Shown: piece by piece, positions 61,443 through 64,000 of the stretch | How positions within the stretch are numbered: the stretch's first letter is position 1 | Layout of the letters: every line of letters starts with the position of its first letter | Origin: Nitrospinales bacterium | GTDB lineage: Bacteria; Nitrospinota; Nitrospinia; Nitrospinales; VA-1 | Direction: 5' to 3' | Length of the DNA: 64,000 bases | NCBI GenBank assembly: GCA_965223345.1 | Contig: CBDCWG010000007.1 | Span: 313,302-377,301, forward strand | Made by a program: the position numbers and the translations under genes | The notes under the pieces: generated by a model | What the model saw: only the letters and a program-made list of their open reading frames with translations | Told to the model about the DNA's origin: nothing | The model's database searches: none

Positions 61443-62114
61443 TCAATCGATCATGCGGACTAAATTTTTTCCGGAATGGTTTTGCAGGGGCTCCAGAAAG
61501 GGCGTCTGGAAATTCCGGTTTACAAAATCCCACTGAATCCTGCGGCATATGCGGGACAGGTATTCCTTATCCTGGTTCTGGTAGTCCAGATAGTAGGCGT
61601 GCTCCCACATATCGATCGCCAGCAACGGGTGCAGGTTTTCCGACAACGGGTTCCCGCCGTCGTGGGTATTGATGATGAACAGGGTGTTGTTTTTATCCTT
61701 CACCAGCCAGGTCCATCCCGAGCCGAACGTCGAACTCGCAGTATCGACCAGTTCCCGAAGGAACGCGTCCTTGTCTCCAAATTCATTTTTCAGGGCCCTG
61801 GCAAGCCCCGATGGAACCGGGTTGCCTTCACTGGGCGACAGACATTCCCAGTAAAACGCATGATTCCACACTTGGGCCGCCAGATTGTAGAGCTGCCCCT
61901 CGGAGGTCGCGATTATCTCTTCGAGGTCTCCATAGCCGGAGCCCGAATTGGAACGCTGCCCGCCGTTCAGGGGATCGATCTTCTCAAGCTCTTCATTGAG
62001 CTTATCGACGTAGCTTTTATGGTGGCCGTGGTAGTGAATGTGAACCGTTCTTTCCGATAATGCGGGTTTCAACCCATCCTCTCCATAAGGCAAGGGTTGC
62101 AGTTCGATTCTCAT
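61443..62114 (-). CDS. Fe/Mn superoxide dismutase family (Fe-type signature), copy 1
   Basis: HYHGHHKSY, NLAAQVWNH, FGSGWTWL, DMWEHAYY. Confidence 0.92.
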   Translation of the reverse strand: MRIELQPLPYGEDGLKPALSERTVHIHYHGHHKSYVDKLNEELEKIDPLNGGQRSNSGSGYGDLEEIIATSEGQLYNLAAQVWNHAFYWECLSPSEGNPVPSGLARALKNEFGDKDAFLRELVDTASSTFGSGWTWLVKDKNNTLFIINTHDGGNPLSENLHPLLAIDMWEHAYYLDYQNQDKEYLSRICRRIQWDFVNRNFQTPFLEPLQNHSGKNLVRMID

Positions 62115-62233
62115 AGATGCGTTCTCCTGTAGCTTGTTAGCGAACGATTTTCATGGGCCGGCGCAGGGTTTCCTTCAACCCCGGTGGGGCCGTGTAAACG
62201 TTCTCTGTCCGTCCCATTGTTTTCATATAACAA

Positions 62234-62249
62234 TGCAAGGCGCGTTCCA
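62234..62249 (-). promoter_or_regulatory. Sigma54 (-24/-12) promoter, sod copy 1
   Basis: TGGAAC-GCGCC-TTGCA on the minus strand. Confidence 0.75.
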
Positions 62250-62269
62250 CTAACTTTGCGAAATCGAAT

Positions 62270-62400
62270 CGTCTATGAATCAAAGACATGAGAATTCACG
62301 CGCCCAACTGGTGCATGCGGGACTGGTTGCTCTCAACCGTTCCCGGTTCATTCGACACAATCCCCCATTCAAACAGACCGCACCGCTTTGCACTGTGGTT
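62270..62400. repeat. 131-bp upstream block duplicated at 63328-63458
   Basis: Ungapped manual alignment, 8 mismatches. Confidence 0.9.
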
Positions 62401-62416
62401 GGTGGAAAGGTTCAGG

Positions 62417-62458
62417 AAAAGAAATAAAAAAGGCTTGCCGTCTTCGGACGGTCCGCCA
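62417..62458 (-). terminator. Terminator after sod copy 2
   Basis: GGCGGACCGTC-CGAA-GACGGCAAGCC plus T-run on the minus strand. Confidence 0.7.
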
Positions 62459-62476
62459 AGGCCGATCCTGAATTTT

Positions 62477-63151
62477 TCAATTCAACAACCGGACTAAATT
62501 TTTTCCGGAACGGGATTGCAAACAATCCAAAAAGGGTGTTTCGAGGTTTTGGCTCACGAACTCCCAATGAACCCGCCTCAAGATCCGGTATAGATACTCT
62601 CTGTCGCGGCCTGGGTAGTCCAGGTAATAGGCGTGCTCCCACATGTCGATGGCAAGCAGTGGGTGCAGGTTCTGAGACAAAGGGTTGTCTCCGTCGTGCG
62701 TGTTGATTATTCGGAGTGATTCGTATTTATCTTTCACCAGCCAGGTCCAACCAGACCCAAACGTAGCAACGGCTGTTTCGAAAAATTTACGGTAGAACGC
62801 TTCCATACCACCAAATTGATTTTCTACGGCCGCAAAAAATTTGGGAGACATTGAAATGTCATTATAGGGAGACAAACATTCCCAGTAGAAAGAGTGATTC
62901 CAGACCTGGGCCGCAAGATTGTATAGATTTTGATCCCCATTCAAGATGATCTCTTCCAGGTTTTCGTACTGCAAAACCCTGCCAGAATTTGGACCGCCGG
63001 TCACAGGCTTGATCCGCTCCAGCTGCACATTGAGCTTTTCAACGTATTTTTGATGATGTCCGTGGTAATGAATGTGAACCGCTCTCTCCGACAATGCGGG
63101 TTTCAGAGCATCTTCTTTGTAGGGCAAGGGATGCAATGCGATCTTCATCAT
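62477..63151 (-). CDS. Fe/Mn superoxide dismutase family (Fe-type signature), copy 2
   Basis: HYHGHHQKY, NLAAQVWNH, FGSGWTWL, DMWEHAYY; GGAG RBS before the ATG at 63151. Confidence 0.92.
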   Translation of the reverse strand: MMKIALHPLPYKEDALKPALSERAVHIHYHGHHQKYVEKLNVQLERIKPVTGGPNSGRVLQYENLEEIILNGDQNLYNLAAQVWNHSFYWECLSPYNDISMSPKFFAAVENQFGGMEAFYRKFFETAVATFGSGWTWLVKDKYESLRIINTHDGDNPLSQNLHPLLAIDMWEHAYYLDYPGRDREYLYRILRRVHWEFVSQNLETPFLDCLQSRSGKNLVRLLN

Positions 63152-63290
63152 GGCAGGGATCTCCCGTTCATCAGTGATGCGCACAACGCAAACGTCCCCA
63201 CCGACTGAACTCTTCCGACTGTTAAAGGCAAACGGATGAGTTTTTTAAACCGTTCCACCGTTGAGTTTCTGATCTGTGTACCCTCAATAA

Positions 63291-63306
63291 TGCAATCTGC
63301 GTTCCA
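63291..63306 (-). promoter_or_regulatory. Sigma54 (-24/-12) promoter, sod copy 2
   Basis: TGGAAC-GCAGA-TTGCA on the minus strand. Confidence 0.75.
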
Positions 63307-63327
63307 CGCCCGCCTGCAACCGCGAAC

Positions 63328-63458
63328 CGTCTATGAATCAAAGACATGAGAATCCACGTGCCCACCCGGTGCATGCGGGACTGGTTGTTCTCAACCGCTC
63401 CCGGTTCATTTGACACAATCCCCCGTTCAAACAGACCGCACCGCTTTGCACTGTGGTT
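63328..63458. repeat. 131-bp upstream block duplicated at 62270-62400
   Basis: Ungapped manual alignment, 8 mismatches. Confidence 0.9.
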
Positions 63459-63560
63459 TAAGAAAGGAATCTGAATGGGGGTTTTCACCGCAAAGGGGAA
63501 GAGCCGCTTTGGAAAAGACAGGGAAGACAGGCTGGAGGAAAGTCTGCAAGAGGAAAAGAA

Positions 63561-63596
63561 ATAAAAAAAGGCGGACCGTCCGAAGACGGCCCGCCA
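63561..63596 (-). terminator. Terminator after the cytochrome c gene
   Basis: GGCGGGCCGTC-TTCG-GACGGTCCGCC plus T-run on the minus strand. Confidence 0.8.
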
Positions 63597-63621
63597 GGGC
63601 TGGGGAGGTGGCAGCCCTACT

Positions 63622-64000
63622 TCACTTCACAAACGTGCTCTGGATGTATTTGACGACATCCCAGATCTGATCGTCTTTCAGAGTTTTGCCGTGTGCCACC
63701 ATGCCGGTTCCGGGGGAACCGTTCTTGATGACATGAAACATCTGGCCGGGAGACACGCCTTTCATGCTATCGGCGCAGGTGAAGTTTCTCGGCTTGGGTT
63801 TCAGAGCCGCACCAAGCTTACCGGTGCCGTCGCCCTTGTCGCCGTGACACATCTTGCAAGCCATCGGTTTGGCGGTCTTCGTGTAGATGAGCTTTCCCTT
63901 TTCTGCATCTGCACTTCCCGTTTTATCGAGCTTGGCCACGCTTGCCGGAGCGGATTTTGTTTTCCTGGGCTGGGGACATTGCCCACCGGCGTACGCGGAG
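63622..64000 (-). CDS. Class I monoheme cytochrome c (5'-truncated by window edge)
   Basis: CKMCH, PKPRNFT, GSPGTGM; frame stays open to the window end (..SAYAGGQCPQPRKT..). Confidence 0.92.
   Translation of the reverse strand, partial: SAYAGGQCPQPRKTKSAPASVAKLDKTGSADAEKGKLIYTKTAKPMACKMCHGDKGDGTGKLGAALKPKPRNFTCADSMKGVSPGQMFHVIKNGSPGTGMVAHGKTLKDDQIWDVVKYIQSTFVK

Noticed and set aside
62288..62497. Small plus-strand ORF inside the duplicated SOD upstream block
   Set aside because: Differences between the two copies are mostly non-synonymous and the stops differ, so the conservation looks non-coding.

Overview
Chromosomal core region of a nitrite-oxidising bacterium, most likely Nitrospinota (Nitrospina-like), inferred from a periplasmic-type NXR cluster (nxrA-nxrB-TorD/NarJ-like chaperone-nxrC, minus strand, 23681-30523) led by an uncharacterised HExxH/zinc-finger gene. 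The flanks hold housekeeping genes (rpsO, pnp, surE, aspS, rnpB, yajC-secD-secF), a redox and Fe-S module (ahpC, bolA-grxD plus a Bcp lacking its catalytic Cys, iscA/erpA, ygfZ-TPR fusion), a two-component system divergent from a fatty-acid desaturase, a B12 radical SAM gene, an M1 aminopeptidase, DUF58/vWA genes, two hybrid kinases and two tandem Fe-type SODs. I found no CRISPR array, tRNA, rRNA, transposase or integrase. The best leads are: (1) the putative NXR-associated zinc metalloprotein with its promoter and operator; (2) a structured nxrA leader with a CsrA-like hairpin and a 23-codon uORF overlapping the nxrA start; (3) tandem SODs, each with a sigma54 promoter and a shared 131-bp upstream block; (4) a natural Cys-to-Asp peroxiredoxin; (5) bioD frameshifted in an A7 run inside its P-loop; (6) short intergenic repeat families next to AT-rich orphan genes. 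All family calls come from motif recognition by eye; no database search was run.
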